The notes: generated from the letters alone by a model not told the origin. Shown: positions 27,925-37,937, counted from the stretch's first letter. The stretch is 64,000 nt of DNA from an uncultured Bacilli bacterium (GCA_934086315.1 CAKOHZ010000001.1:472737-536736); one strand, 5' to 3'. Numbers and translations are program-made.

Positions 27925-29375
27925 TGATAACTAAAAGTATAAAAGAATTACATGAAGATTTATTAAATAAGAAAGTTACTTCAAGAGAACTTATAGATGA
28001 ATCTTTAAAGAAATGTCATAGTATACAAGATAAAACTAATGCTTTTGTAACTATTATAGATGATGCTAAAGAGACTGAAGTAACAGATGAACTAGTAAGT
28101 GGTATCCCATATGGTATTAAAGATAATTTTTCTACTAAAGATATCTTATCAACTGGAAGTTCTAATACTCTAAGAGATTATGTTCCATTCTTTGATGCAA
28201 CTGCTGTAGCTAACTTAAAGAAAAAAGGAGCAGTTGGAGTAACTAAAACAGTTATGGATGAACTTGGTATGGGTGGAACTGGTACAACAGGACACACAGG
28301 AGTAGTTCATAATCCATGGAGTTTAGAGAGAATGACAGCGGGTTCTTCAGCAGGTAGCGCAGCATCAGTTGCAAGTGGTTGCTATCCATTCGCATTAGGT
28401 AGTGATACTGGAGATTCAATTCGTAAACCAGCTGCTTACTGTGGAATTGTAGGATACAAACCAACATATGGAATGATATCAAGATATGGACTTTTCCCAT
28501 TTGCATGTTCACTTGATACAATTGGAGTTTTATCAAGAAGTGTAGAAGATGCTGCAATCGCAGTAGATGCCATGAAAGGAAAAGATCCTAAAGATATGAC
28601 ATCTTGGGATTCAAGTAGTATTGAACTTTATAAAAGTTTAAATAAAGAAGTTAAAGGTAAAAAATTGTTCTATATAAAAGAAATCTTAGATTTAAATAAT
28701 TACGAAAATCCAAGTGAAGAATTAATACGTCACTTTGAAAACTTTAATAAAACAGTTGAACTTTGTAAGTCTCTAGGTATGACAGTTGATGAAGTATCAA
28801 TAGATAAAGCTCTATTAGATGCAGTACCAAGCGTATACGTAGTTATATCTTGTGCAGAAGCAACAAGTAACATGTCAAACTTAACAGGTATTAGCTTCGG
28901 ACCAAGAGGTGAAGGAGATAGTCCTGCTGCTATAATGAAAGATCATAGAACTAAAGGATTCTCACCACTTATTAAAAGAAGATTCGTAATTGGTTCATAC
29001 GTACTACAAAAAGAAAATCAAGAAAAATATTTCATAAATGCTAAAAGAGTAAGAAGATTAATAGTAGACAAAATGAATGAATTATTTGAGACTTATGATG
29101 GACTTATCCTTCCAGTTGGAAGTGGACCTGCTAAATTTATAGAAGGTAGTAAAAATGCATTATCAAGTTCAAATAATGTTTTAGAAGATCACTTACAAAT
29201 AGGTAACTTTGGTGGCTTCCCATCAATTACTATTCCAAATGGATTTGTAAGTAATTTACCAGTGGGAGTAAACATAACTGGAAAAGTAAAAGACGATATA
29301 AATGTTTTAAATATTGCATACGCTCTAGAAAGCAAAATGGAATATAAAAATCAAATAGCAAAGGAGGTACTATAA
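27924..29375 (+). CDS. gatA: Glu/Asp-tRNA amidotransferase subunit A (amidase signature)
   Basis: GIPYGIKDNF and the GGSSAGSAASVA amidase signature, 483 aa. Confidence 0.9.
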   Translation: MITKSIKELHEDLLNKKVTSRELIDESLKKCHSIQDKTNAFVTIIDDAKETEVTDELVSGIPYGIKDNFSTKDILSTGSSNTLRDYVPFFDATAVANLKKKGAVGVTKTVMDELGMGGTGTTGHTGVVHNPWSLERMTAGSSAGSAASVASGCYPFALGSDTGDSIRKPAAYCGIVGYKPTYGMISRYGLFPFACSLDTIGVLSRSVEDAAIAVDAMKGKDPKDMTSWDSSSIELYKSLNKEVKGKKLFYIKEILDLNNYENPSEELIRHFENFNKTVELCKSLGMTVDEVSIDKALLDAVPSVYVVISCAEATSNMSNLTGISFGPRGEGDSPAAIMKDHRTKGFSPLIKRRFVIGSYVLQKENQEKYFINAKRVRRLIVDKMNELFETYDGLILPVGSGPAKFIEGSKNALSSSNNVLEDHLQIGNFGGFPSITIPNGFVSNLPVGVNITGKVKDDINVLNIAYALESKMEYKNQIAKEVL

Positions 29376-30805
29376 TGGCATATAAAGCAGTAATAGGTTT
29401 AGAATTCCACTGTGAAATGAAATCTAATACAAAAGTATTCTCTAATGCAAGAAATAGTTTTTCAAAAGTAGCTAATGAAAATGTAGTACCACTAGATATG
29501 GCTTTTCCAGGAACACTACCAGTAGTAAACAAAACATGTGTTAAAAAAGCACTAATGATGTCAATGATACTTAATTGTAAACAACCAGAATTTATGGAAT
29601 TTGATAGAAAAAATTATTACTATCCAGATCTACCTAAAGGATATCAATTAACACAATTTTTTAATCCAGTAGGCGTAGATGGAAAAATAGAAATAGATGT
29701 AAATGGTACTAAAAAAGAAGTACTAATTCATGATATACACTTAGAAGAAGATGCTGCTTCACTTGATCACTACTATAATACTTCAACAATAGATTATAAT
29801 AGAGCAGGTGTACCTCTTTTAGAATTAGTAACAGAGCCATGTCTACATTCAGCAGATGAAGCTCTAGCATTCTTAGAACACATTAAAAGTATTTATGAAT
29901 ACACTGATATTTCAGAATGTGATACTAAAAAAGGACAAATAAGAGCTGATGTTAACGTATCAATTATGGATGAAGACGCTACAGAATTTGGTACTAAAGT
30001 AGAAGTTAAAAATGTAAATAGTTTCGATGCCATTAGAAAAACTATTAACTATGAAATAAAAAGACAAAGTGAATTAAAAGATGCTGGTCGTTATGATGAA
30101 GTAGTACAAGAAACTAGAAGATGGGATGATGAATCAGGTACTACAATTCACATGAGAAGTAAAGCAGATGCTATAGACTATAAATACTTCACAGAACCAA
30201 ACATTCCAAAATTTAGAATTACTAAAGAATTATTAGATGAAATAAGAAGTAAAATTCCAGTACTTGCATACGAAAGAAAAGAAAAATATATAAATGAATA
30301 TGGACTTTCTGAATATGATGCTGGAGTACTTACTAAGGATAAAAAAATATCAGATTATTTTGAAGAATGCGTTAGTCTTAAATGTGATCCCAAAAGTGCT
30401 TGTAACTGGATTACAACTAGAGTTTTAGGAGAATTAAATAAGAGTGAAGAAAACACAATAGATGACTTATTCATAAGACCAAACATGATAGTTGAACTAG
30501 TATCACTAGTTAATAATAAGAAAATATCATCAGACCAAGCTAAGAAAGTATTTACTAAAATGCTAGAAGAAAAACTTACTCCAAAAGAAATAGTAAAGAA
30601 ATATGATATGGAAGTTATAGAAGACTCAGGTCTTATTGAATCACTAGTTAATGAAGTAATAAACGAAAATCCAAAAGCTATAGAAGACTACCACAATGGT
30701 AGAACTAATATGTTAGATTATCTAGTTGGACAAGTAATGAAAAAATCAAAAGATAAAGCTAACCCAGTAGAAGCAAAATCTAAAATGTTAGAACGTATCA
30801 GCTAA
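29375..30805 (+). CDS. gatB: Glu/Asp-tRNA amidotransferase subunit B
   Basis: MAYKAVIGLEFHCE..., 476 aa. GatB/YqeY C-terminus. Confidence 0.9.
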   Translation: MAYKAVIGLEFHCEMKSNTKVFSNARNSFSKVANENVVPLDMAFPGTLPVVNKTCVKKALMMSMILNCKQPEFMEFDRKNYYYPDLPKGYQLTQFFNPVGVDGKIEIDVNGTKKEVLIHDIHLEEDAASLDHYYNTSTIDYNRAGVPLLELVTEPCLHSADEALAFLEHIKSIYEYTDISECDTKKGQIRADVNVSIMDEDATEFGTKVEVKNVNSFDAIRKTINYEIKRQSELKDAGRYDEVVQETRRWDDESGTTIHMRSKADAIDYKYFTEPNIPKFRITKELLDEIRSKIPVLAYERKEKYINEYGLSEYDAGVLTKDKKISDYFEECVSLKCDPKSACNWITTRVLGELNKSEENTIDDLFIRPNMIVELVSLVNNKKISSDQAKKVFTKMLEEKLTPKEIVKKYDMEVIEDSGLIESLVNEVINENPKAIEDYHNGRTNMLDYLVGQVMKKSKDKANPVEAKSKMLERIS

Positions 30806-30810
30806 TATAA

Positions 30811-30839
30811 AAATGTCTATTCGTAGACATTTTTATTTT
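30811..30839 (+). terminator. Terminator after gatB
   Basis: aatgtcta-ttcg-tagacatt + tttatttt. Confidence 0.65.
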
Positions 30840-30916
30840 GTTTAATAAAAAATAATTGTAAATGCAACTAAAAAATATAATAATTAAAAATTTACGTGAT
30901 ATAATTAGATTGGAGA

Positions 30917-31960
30917 ATGAGTATGAAAAGATTTTTAAGAAGTTTTATTATTTTTATTGTATTAACTTTAATAGTTGGAGGACTTGCATACTATTTTAAT
31001 TTAAATGAAAGAATTGAAAAAATGATTTCAAAGATTAGTATTAATATTGGAACAATATATGTAGAAAAGCCTAAAGTAAAGATTATTGATGAAACGAGTA
31101 AATCTAGACCAATTGCAGTATCTATAAATAACAATCATGCTGCTTGGCCACATGCAGGGCTTCAAGATGCATATTTAGGATATGAACTTATCGCAGAAGG
31201 TGGTATCACAAGATTGGTTGCATTATTTAAAGATCAAAACACTGATAAGATTGGTTCTGTAAGAAGTGCTAGACACTATTTCTTAGATTATGTTATGGAA
31301 AATGATGCTATATTTGTTCACTATGGGCAATCACCTCAAGCAAAGTCAGATTTAGCATCCTTAGGCATAAATAATGTTAATGGAATGTATGACGCAAAAG
31401 GATTCTTTAGAGATAAAACATTAAATAAAGCTTGGGAACATACTGCATTTACATCAATGAGTAGAATAAATGATGTAGTTAAATCAAAGAAATATAGAAC
31501 AACAACAGAAACTCAATTATTAAAATATAGTCCTATTAAAGTAGATCATTCTAAAGACGAAACATTAAAAACTGCCAATAAAGTATCTATTAAATACTCA
31601 AACTACCAAACAACTTCATATGAATATGATCCTGAAAACATGAATTATAAAATGTTTATGGGAGGACAAGCACATACTGATTTAGTTACAAAAAAACAAT
31701 ATACTGTTAAAAATATAATAACTTATCAAGTAAAAAATACTTCTTTGGGAGATAGTAAAGGAAGACAAGATTTGGATAACATAGGTACTGGTGAAGGATA
31801 TTATATTTCGAATGGAGAAGCAATCAAAATTAAATGGAGTAAATCAAGTAGAGATGCTAAAACAAAATATACATTAATGGATGGAACTGAACTTGTTGTT
31901 AATGATGGAAATACATGGATACACATTCAACCAAAAGGTGAAACATTAAAAATAGAATAA
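30917..31960 (+). CDS. DUF3048 (YerB-like) membrane-anchored/lipoprotein
   Basis: N-terminal TM, then a DUF3048-like body (VSINNNHAAWPHAGLQDAY...RLVALF, RSARHYF). Alternative ATG at 30923. Confidence 0.65.
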   Translation: MSMKRFLRSFIIFIVLTLIVGGLAYYFNLNERIEKMISKISINIGTIYVEKPKVKIIDETSKSRPIAVSINNNHAAWPHAGLQDAYLGYELIAEGGITRLVALFKDQNTDKIGSVRSARHYFLDYVMENDAIFVHYGQSPQAKSDLASLGINNVNGMYDAKGFFRDKTLNKAWEHTAFTSMSRINDVVKSKKYRTTTETQLLKYSPIKVDHSKDETLKTANKVSIKYSNYQTTSYEYDPENMNYKMFMGGQAHTDLVTKKQYTVKNIITYQVKNTSLGDSKGRQDLDNIGTGEGYYISNGEAIKIKWSKSSRDAKTKYTLMDGTELVVNDGNTWIHIQPKGETLKIE

Positions 31961-32050
31961 AATTTATACACTAGAATATAATTTAATAAAAAATATTGAA
32001 ATATTATTTTAATAATGTTAGAATAATATTGATAAGAATAAGGAGGACCC

Positions 32051-32794
32051 ATGGATAATATACTTAGTTTTTTAGCAGATAATTATAAATGGTTTATGTT
32101 AGCAGCAGTAATTTTACTGTTTGCATTAATCGGTTTTATTGTAGACGGAAAGAAGAAAAAGAAAAGTGGTGAGGTTGTGCCTGTACCAAATGCAGATGCT
32201 CAAGCTCAAGCAGCAGCAGGTGTAGCACCAACAAGCGTTGCAAATCCTGAACCTGTAGCTCCAGCACCAGCTCCAACTAATGAAGAACAAAAATTGGTTA
32301 TTGAAGAACCTTCATTAAATAATGTTGAAGCAACTAGTAACGAAGTTAATATTGGTGGTACTGAGGAAGGAAGCATTTTTGGAACTCCAGAATTACAAGC
32401 TCCAGCATCAGTTGAAACAACAACTGAAGATCCAACAGTTACAGATACACCAACTTTAGTTATAGAAGATAAAGAAGAAACAGCTCCTGAAATGAATGCT
32501 CTAGTTCAAAGTGAGCCAACACCAGTTGCATCACCAAAAGTAGCACCAGTTACACCAGAAGTTGTTGTTAGTGAAGCAGCTCCAACAATGGCTCCAGCAG
32601 AAGTAACACCAGCAGTTGTAGAACCAGCTCCTGAAATGTCACCAGCTGCACCAGAGACACCAGTAAATGTTGCTCCAGAAGTACCAAGCGTACCTGAAAC
32701 TCCAGTTGTTGCTGCACCAGAAGCTCCAAGCACTGCTGCAACTCCAGTTGCACCAGAGACACCTAGTACACCAACAACACCAGTTCAACAATAA
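32051..32794 (+). CDS. Membrane-anchored Pro/Ala/Thr/Val-rich low-complexity protein
   Basis: N-terminal TM (FMLAAVILLFALIGFIV), then PA/PE/TP repeats. Local GC is elevated by Pro/Ala codons. Confidence 0.55.
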   Translation: MDNILSFLADNYKWFMLAAVILLFALIGFIVDGKKKKKSGEVVPVPNADAQAQAAAGVAPTSVANPEPVAPAPAPTNEEQKLVIEEPSLNNVEATSNEVNIGGTEEGSIFGTPELQAPASVETTTEDPTVTDTPTLVIEDKEETAPEMNALVQSEPTPVASPKVAPVTPEVVVSEAAPTMAPAEVTPAVVEPAPEMSPAAPETPVNVAPEVPSVPETPVVAAPEAPSTAATPVAPETPSTPTTPVQQ

Positions 32795-32843
32795 AAAATA
32801 TAACTGAGAATTAAAGTTTTCAGTTTTTATTTTCTATAATACT

Positions 32844-32871
32844 TGAAATTTATCAATTATTTTGATAGAAT
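32844..32871 (+). promoter_or_regulatory. Promoter TTGAAA-16-TAGAAT for the alaS leader
   Basis: Hexamers 16 nt apart, upstream of the T-box. Confidence 0.45.
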
Positions 32872-32879
32872 CTAATACA

Positions 32880-33064
32880 TTGAAAGACGAGTAGAATAAA
32901 AATACTTTAAAGAGAGTTAGTGTATGGTGTAAACTAATAAGTACTATATTTGAAGCTACTTTCACTTATGAGTTAATAGCTCACGTGGAAATACGTTACA
33001 TTAATTAAGTTAATTAAAGGATGGTACCGTCTATATGACTCCTTGTGTACCATTCTTTTTATTT
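32880..33064 (+). ncRNA. T-box riboswitch leader (Ala specifier GCU)
   Basis: AGAGAG...GGTGTAAA stem I, specifier gaaGCUa, T-box sequence aaaGGATGGTACCGtc, and terminator aatggtac...gtaccatt + T-tract. Confidence 0.75.
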
Positions 33065-33078
33065 TAGGGAGGAAAAAT

Positions 33079-34824
33079 ATGAATATTAAAGATTTGTACA
33101 TTGATTTTTTTGTAAGTAAAGGACACAAACAAATACCTAGCGCTCCAGTGGTACCAGAAAATGATCCAAGTGTTTTATTTAATACAGCTGGTATGCAACC
33201 TCTAATACCATATCTTATGGGACAAACTCATCCATATGGTACTAGACTTTGCGATTATCAAAAATGTATTAGAACTAACGACTTAGATAATATTGGAGAT
33301 ACTTACCACCACACATTTTTTGAAATGTTAGGTAACTGGTCACTAGGAGATTATTTTAAGGACGAAGCCATCGAATGGAGTTTTGAATTCCTAACAAAAG
33401 TATTAAATATTCCAGTTGAAAGATTGGCTGTAACTGTATATGCAGGAAGTGATAACATTCCATTTGATGAAACTTCTTATAATAAATGGTTAAGCTTAGG
33501 GATAAAAAAAGAAAGAATAGCTAAAACTGTAGATGATAACTTCTGGATAGCAGGAGAAGCAGGTCCATGTGGACCAGACTCAGAAATGTTCTATTGGAGA
33601 AGTAATGAACCAATTCCTGAAGTATTTGACACTGAAGATGAAAGATGGGTAGAAATTTGGAATGATGTATTTATGCAATACAATAAAGCAGTTGATGGAA
33701 CTATAACAGAATTACCTAAAAAGAACGTAGATACTGGTATGGGAGTAGAAAGAGTAACAGCAATCCTAGAAGGAGTCAACGATAATTACCTATCAAGTAT
33801 ATTTAAAGATGTAATAGAACTTATATCTAAAATAAGCAATTTACCATATGAAGGTAATGAACAAAGTATGAGAATAATTGCTGATCACTTAAGAACAAGT
33901 GTATTTATAAGTGCAGACTACGCAGGAGTAAAACCAAGTAATGTAGGTCAAGGATACATCTTAAGACGATTAATTAGACGTGCTATTAGACATGCTAAAA
34001 AATTAGGAATAGATATTTCAAGTGATTGGGAACAAGAAATAGCAAAACTAATTATATCTAAATATGAAAAATATTATTCTGAATTAAAAGATAATAAAAA
34101 TATTGTTTTAGAAGTATTAAAAAACGAAAAAGAAAAATTTAATAGAACTTTAGAAAAAGGTTTAAGAGAATTTGAAAAAGTAACTAAAGATAATAAAGAT
34201 ATAGATGCAACTACTGCATTTAGATTATATGATACTTATGGATTCCCAATCGAGTTAACAGTTGAACTTGCTCATGAAAGAAATATTAATGTTGATGAAG
34301 AAGGGTTCAAAGATAAATTTAAAGCACATCAAGAACTATCAAGAACAGCATCTGCCGGACAATTTAAAGGTGGACTTAGCGGTAACAATGAAATAGAAAC
34401 TAAATATCATACAGCAACACACTTACTAAATGCAGCATTAAAAGTAGTTGTTAATAAAGATGTTCATCAAAAAGGTAGTAATATCACTGATGAAAGAATG
34501 AGATTTGACTTTAGTTGTGATCATAAACTAACTGATGAAGAAAAACAAAAAACTGAAGATTTAGTTAATGAATGGATTAAAGAAGGCCTACCTGTAACAG
34601 TAGAAGAAATGAGTAAAGAAGATGCTGTTAAATCAGGAGCAGAGTGTATGTTCATTGAAAAATATCCTGATATCGTTACAGTATATACAATTGGAGATAA
34701 TATTTCTAAAGAACTTTGTGGAGGCCCACATGTTAAAAACACAAACGAACTTGGACATTTCAAAATAGTAAAAGAAGAAGCATCTTCTTCTGGAGTAAGA
34801 AGAATAAAAGCAATATTAGAATAA
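33079..34824 (+). CDS. alaS: Alanyl-tRNA synthetase, short form (catalytic + tRNA-recognition + editing domains; no C-Ala domain)
   Basis: NDPSVLFNTAGM, QKCIRTNDLDNIGDTYHHTFFEMLGNWSLGDYFK, and editing-domain HTATHLLNAAL...CGGPHV. ATG at 33079 follows GGGAGG. Product is 582 aa against the usual ~870. Confidence 0.75.
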   Translation: MNIKDLYIDFFVSKGHKQIPSAPVVPENDPSVLFNTAGMQPLIPYLMGQTHPYGTRLCDYQKCIRTNDLDNIGDTYHHTFFEMLGNWSLGDYFKDEAIEWSFEFLTKVLNIPVERLAVTVYAGSDNIPFDETSYNKWLSLGIKKERIAKTVDDNFWIAGEAGPCGPDSEMFYWRSNEPIPEVFDTEDERWVEIWNDVFMQYNKAVDGTITELPKKNVDTGMGVERVTAILEGVNDNYLSSIFKDVIELISKISNLPYEGNEQSMRIIADHLRTSVFISADYAGVKPSNVGQGYILRRLIRRAIRHAKKLGIDISSDWEQEIAKLIISKYEKYYSELKDNKNIVLEVLKNEKEKFNRTLEKGLREFEKVTKDNKDIDATTAFRLYDTYGFPIELTVELAHERNINVDEEGFKDKFKAHQELSRTASAGQFKGGLSGNNEIETKYHTATHLLNAALKVVVNKDVHQKGSNITDERMRFDFSCDHKLTDEEKQKTEDLVNEWIKEGLPVTVEEMSKEDAVKSGAECMFIEKYPDIVTVYTIGDNISKELCGGPHVKNTNELGHFKIVKEEASSSGVRRIKAILE

Positions 34825-34850
34825 GTACTTAGGTACTTTTTCTTTTTTAT
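34823..34850 (+). terminator. Terminator after alaS
   Basis: aagtac-ttag-gtactt + ttttctttttt. Confidence 0.6.
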
Positions 34851-34883
34851 AAAAATTGTTATAATACAGCCAAGGAGCAATAG

Positions 34884-35924
34884 ATGATTAAAGATTTATG
34901 TTTTGAAATAATTCAAAAATGCCCTAACGAATGTATATTTTGTTCATCACTAGCAAGTATAAATAAAGTAACAATTATAAAATTTGATACATTTAAAAAA
35001 ACTTTGGATTATATATTATCAAAAAGTGGAGTGGAAGAATTATCATTTTCAGGTGGAGAACCATTTTTAAACCCTGATTTATTCAAAATGATAGAATACG
35101 CAAAAAGCAAGGGCATTAGAGTTGTTTTATTTACTAGCGGAGTCAAATGTGCACATAAATTAACTGAAGAAGAATTAAATTTAATGATGGAAAGCGATAT
35201 AAAAAGATTTGATCCAAGTGAAGAAGATAAAGAAAATATTAAAAGAAAATTACAAAAAATATATGAAATGATATACAAAAGGGAATATACAAGTATATCA
35301 AAGAGCGAATTAGAAGCATTGAAAAACTTAGGTTTAGATAAAATAGTATTTGATTATCAAGGCTCAAATAGAGAAGAATATAATTTATTGATGGGTAAAG
35401 ATAATTTTTGTGAAGTATCAACATCAATAATAAGGGCTTGCGAAGTAGGTATAGAAACAGATATACACTTTGTACCCATGAAATGCAACTATAAATCTTT
35501 ACTCGATATAGTGGAATTATTAAATATAGCAGGGGTTAAAAACCTAAGTTTATTAAACTTTGTACCTCAAGGAAGAGGAAAAGTTAATGAATCTAAACTT
35601 AAAATGAGCAAAGAGGACTATGAAGAATTTAAAAAGATAGTTAAGAAAGCTAATGAAAGATTTAATGGTAAAATCAGAATAGGAATACCTCTTGATAGCA
35701 ACAATTCTCATAAATGTACAGCAGGTTTAAGCAAACTAGTTATTAAATATGATGGAACTATACTGCCATGCCCAGCCTTCAAAGAGTATGATAGTGAAAT
35801 ACTAAGAAAAAATGGGTTTAGAGTATTAAATATTTATGAAAATTTAGAAGAGCTTGAAATTCATGAGGGAACGAGAAACTATCCTTTATGTAAAAAACTA
35901 TATAATTTTATTGGCAATATATAA
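34884..35924 (+). CDS. Radical SAM enzyme of unknown specificity (N-terminal CX3CX2C, additional C-terminal Cys cluster)
   Basis: CPNECIFC at residues 13-20, FSGGEPFLNP glycine-rich SAM motif, extra cysteines C279/C297/C299. Own TATAAT promoter and SD aaggag. Confidence 0.65.
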   Translation: MIKDLCFEIIQKCPNECIFCSSLASINKVTIIKFDTFKKTLDYILSKSGVEELSFSGGEPFLNPDLFKMIEYAKSKGIRVVLFTSGVKCAHKLTEEELNLMMESDIKRFDPSEEDKENIKRKLQKIYEMIYKREYTSISKSELEALKNLGLDKIVFDYQGSNREEYNLLMGKDNFCEVSTSIIRACEVGIETDIHFVPMKCNYKSLLDIVELLNIAGVKNLSLLNFVPQGRGKVNESKLKMSKEDYEEFKKIVKKANERFNGKIRIGIPLDSNNSHKCTAGLSKLVIKYDGTILPCPAFKEYDSEILRKNGFRVLNIYENLEELEIHEGTRNYPLCKKLYNFIGNI

Positions 35925-35960
35925 AAATGATGATACAATTTTTTAAGAATAGGAGAATTT

Positions 35961-36422
35961 ATGAAAAAGAAAATATTTTTAGTAATTGTACTGATGACTT
36001 CACTTTTGTTGCTAACAGGTTGTGGTAAGAAAGCGTTAACTATAGAAGAATTTACTTCATCATTCGATACAAATAAATACACAGTAGGTAAGTATGAAAA
36101 TGGTCAAATAGATACAATTATAGATGGCTTAGAAAGAGGAGCATACATAACAAATGGTTCATATAGTATTGATTTCTATATTCTAGAAAATACCACTAAA
36201 GCAGAAGAATTATTTAAAGATGAAAAAGAAACATTCAAGGCGAATAAAGATGGAAAAACATTAGAAAACTCAATAAAATCAGGTAACTTCGAAACATATG
36301 AACTAACTACTAACCTTATGTATATGTATACTTGTAGAGTAGATAACACACTTTTATATATCAGTGCTAACGTAGAAGATAAAGAAGAAATAAAAAGTTT
36401 AATAAAAAATCTTGGATATTAA
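35961..36422 (+). CDS. Lipoprotein, unknown function
   Basis: Signal peptide with lipobox LLTGCG, 153 aa. Confidence 0.55.
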   Translation: MKKKIFLVIVLMTSLLLLTGCGKKALTIEEFTSSFDTNKYTVGKYENGQIDTIIDGLERGAYITNGSYSIDFYILENTTKAEELFKDEKETFKANKDGKTLENSIKSGNFETYELTTNLMYMYTCRVDNTLLYISANVEDKEEIKSLIKNLGY

Positions 36423-36490
36423 AAAATAACCATATTCATAAGAATATGGTTTTAATATGAAAATATGTTATAATTTAAGAGGTGAAGAAA

Positions 36491-37510
36491 ATGAATATAT
36501 ATGATTTTACTTTAGAAGAACTTGAAAACTTTTTGGTAGAAAATGGTTTTAAAAAATATAATGCTACGCAAGTTTTTGAAGGAATATATAAAAAAAGAGT
36601 AACTTCTTTTGATGAAATAACTAATATAAGCAAAGAACTTAAAATCTTTTTAAATAATAACTTTAAAATAGAATATTTGAAAGTTCTAGAAGAATTAAAA
36701 AGCGAAGACACAAATAAATATTTACTTGAAGTAAAAGATTCTAGTATTGAAGTAGTACTAATGAAACATAATTATGGAAATAGTATATGTATTAGTACAC
36801 AAATAGGATGCAATATGGCATGCGCATTTTGTGAAAGTGGTAAACTAAAAAAATTCAGAAATTTAACTACAGCTGAGATTATATTAGAAGTTTTAACTAT
36901 AGAAAAACTAGAAAATATCAAAGTAGATAATATAGTCGTAATGGGAATAGGTGAACCATTTGATAACTTTGCAAACTTAGTAAAAGCTATTAAGATATTA
37001 AATTGTCCAAAAGGTATTGATTTAGGTTCTAGAAGAATTACTGTAAGTACTTGTGGAATAGTACCAAAAATAAAAGAATTTGCTGACTTAGACACGCAAG
37101 TAAATTTAGCAATAAGTTTGCATGCTCCAAACCAGGAAATCAGAGAAACTCTAATGCCAATTAGTAAAGCCTATAAGATGGACGAATTAATGTCTGCAGT
37201 AGATTACTATATTTCTAAGACTAATAGAAAAGTAACAATGGAATATATTTTATTAGAAGAAATTAACGACAGTATAGAAAATGCTAAAGAATTAGCTAAT
37301 CTCTTAAAAGGTAAACTTGTTTATGTAAATCTAATACCATATAACAGTACAAGTAGTAATTTTAAAAGAAGCTCAAAAGAAAGAATAAATGCATTCTATG
37401 ATGAACTAGTAAAACATAAAATTAATGTTCAAATGAGAAGAGAAATGGGAAAAGGTATTAAAGGAGCTTGTGGCCAATTAAAAGCAAGCCATGAAAGCAA
37501 TAATATATAA
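36491..37510 (+). CDS. rlmN: 23S rRNA/tRNA (adenine-C2)-methyltransferase RlmN (radical SAM)
   Basis: ISTQIGCNMACAFCESG radical-SAM motif, conserved second Cys region. ATG at 36491 lies 6 nt after aagaggtg. Confidence 0.85.
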   Translation: MNIYDFTLEELENFLVENGFKKYNATQVFEGIYKKRVTSFDEITNISKELKIFLNNNFKIEYLKVLEELKSEDTNKYLLEVKDSSIEVVLMKHNYGNSICISTQIGCNMACAFCESGKLKKFRNLTTAEIILEVLTIEKLENIKVDNIVVMGIGEPFDNFANLVKAIKILNCPKGIDLGSRRITVSTCGIVPKIKEFADLDTQVNLAISLHAPNQEIRETLMPISKAYKMDELMSAVDYYISKTNRKVTMEYILLEEINDSIENAKELANLLKGKLVYVNLIPYNSTSSNFKRSSKERINAFYDELVKHKINVQMRREMGKGIKGACGQLKASHESNNI

Positions 37511-37937
37511 GAGAGAAATATAAAGTGTTTAAAGAAATTAAAAAAATTAGTGTTGATTCAAATAAAACAAAAACTCATAGAAGAATTAGAAAAATATAAT
37601 TTTGAAATAGTAAAATTGATAGATCAGAAACATGCTTTGCTGGAAGCAGTAGACAAACAGTCGAAGAATATTTAAAAGGTAAAGAAAGAGCAAAAGTACT
37701 TTCAAAAAAATGGTTTTAAAGTAAAATTTTGACATAAAATAAAATATCTAATTTTACAATGAAAAGTAGTAATGACTTTAAAATAAAAAAAAATTATGAT
37801 ATACTTAAATCAAATAATGTAAATATAGCGATAAGTGAGGTAAAACTATCAATTTATCAGCTACTTATAACAATCAATGACAAATATTTTTTGTCTAAAA
37901 AGTAATAAATAATTTACATTAAAAAAGAAGGTGAAAA

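Noticed and set aside
32506-32762. Two minus-strand ORFs (75 and 64 aa) within the Pro/Ala-rich gene
   Set aside because: Artefacts of the GC-rich repetitive coding sequence on the opposite strand. No start context.
33043-33078. Upstream ATG extension of alaS (MCTILFILGRKN...)
   Set aside because: It lies inside the T-box terminator and upstream of the SD. The ATG at 33079 after GGGAGG matches the AlaRS N-terminus.
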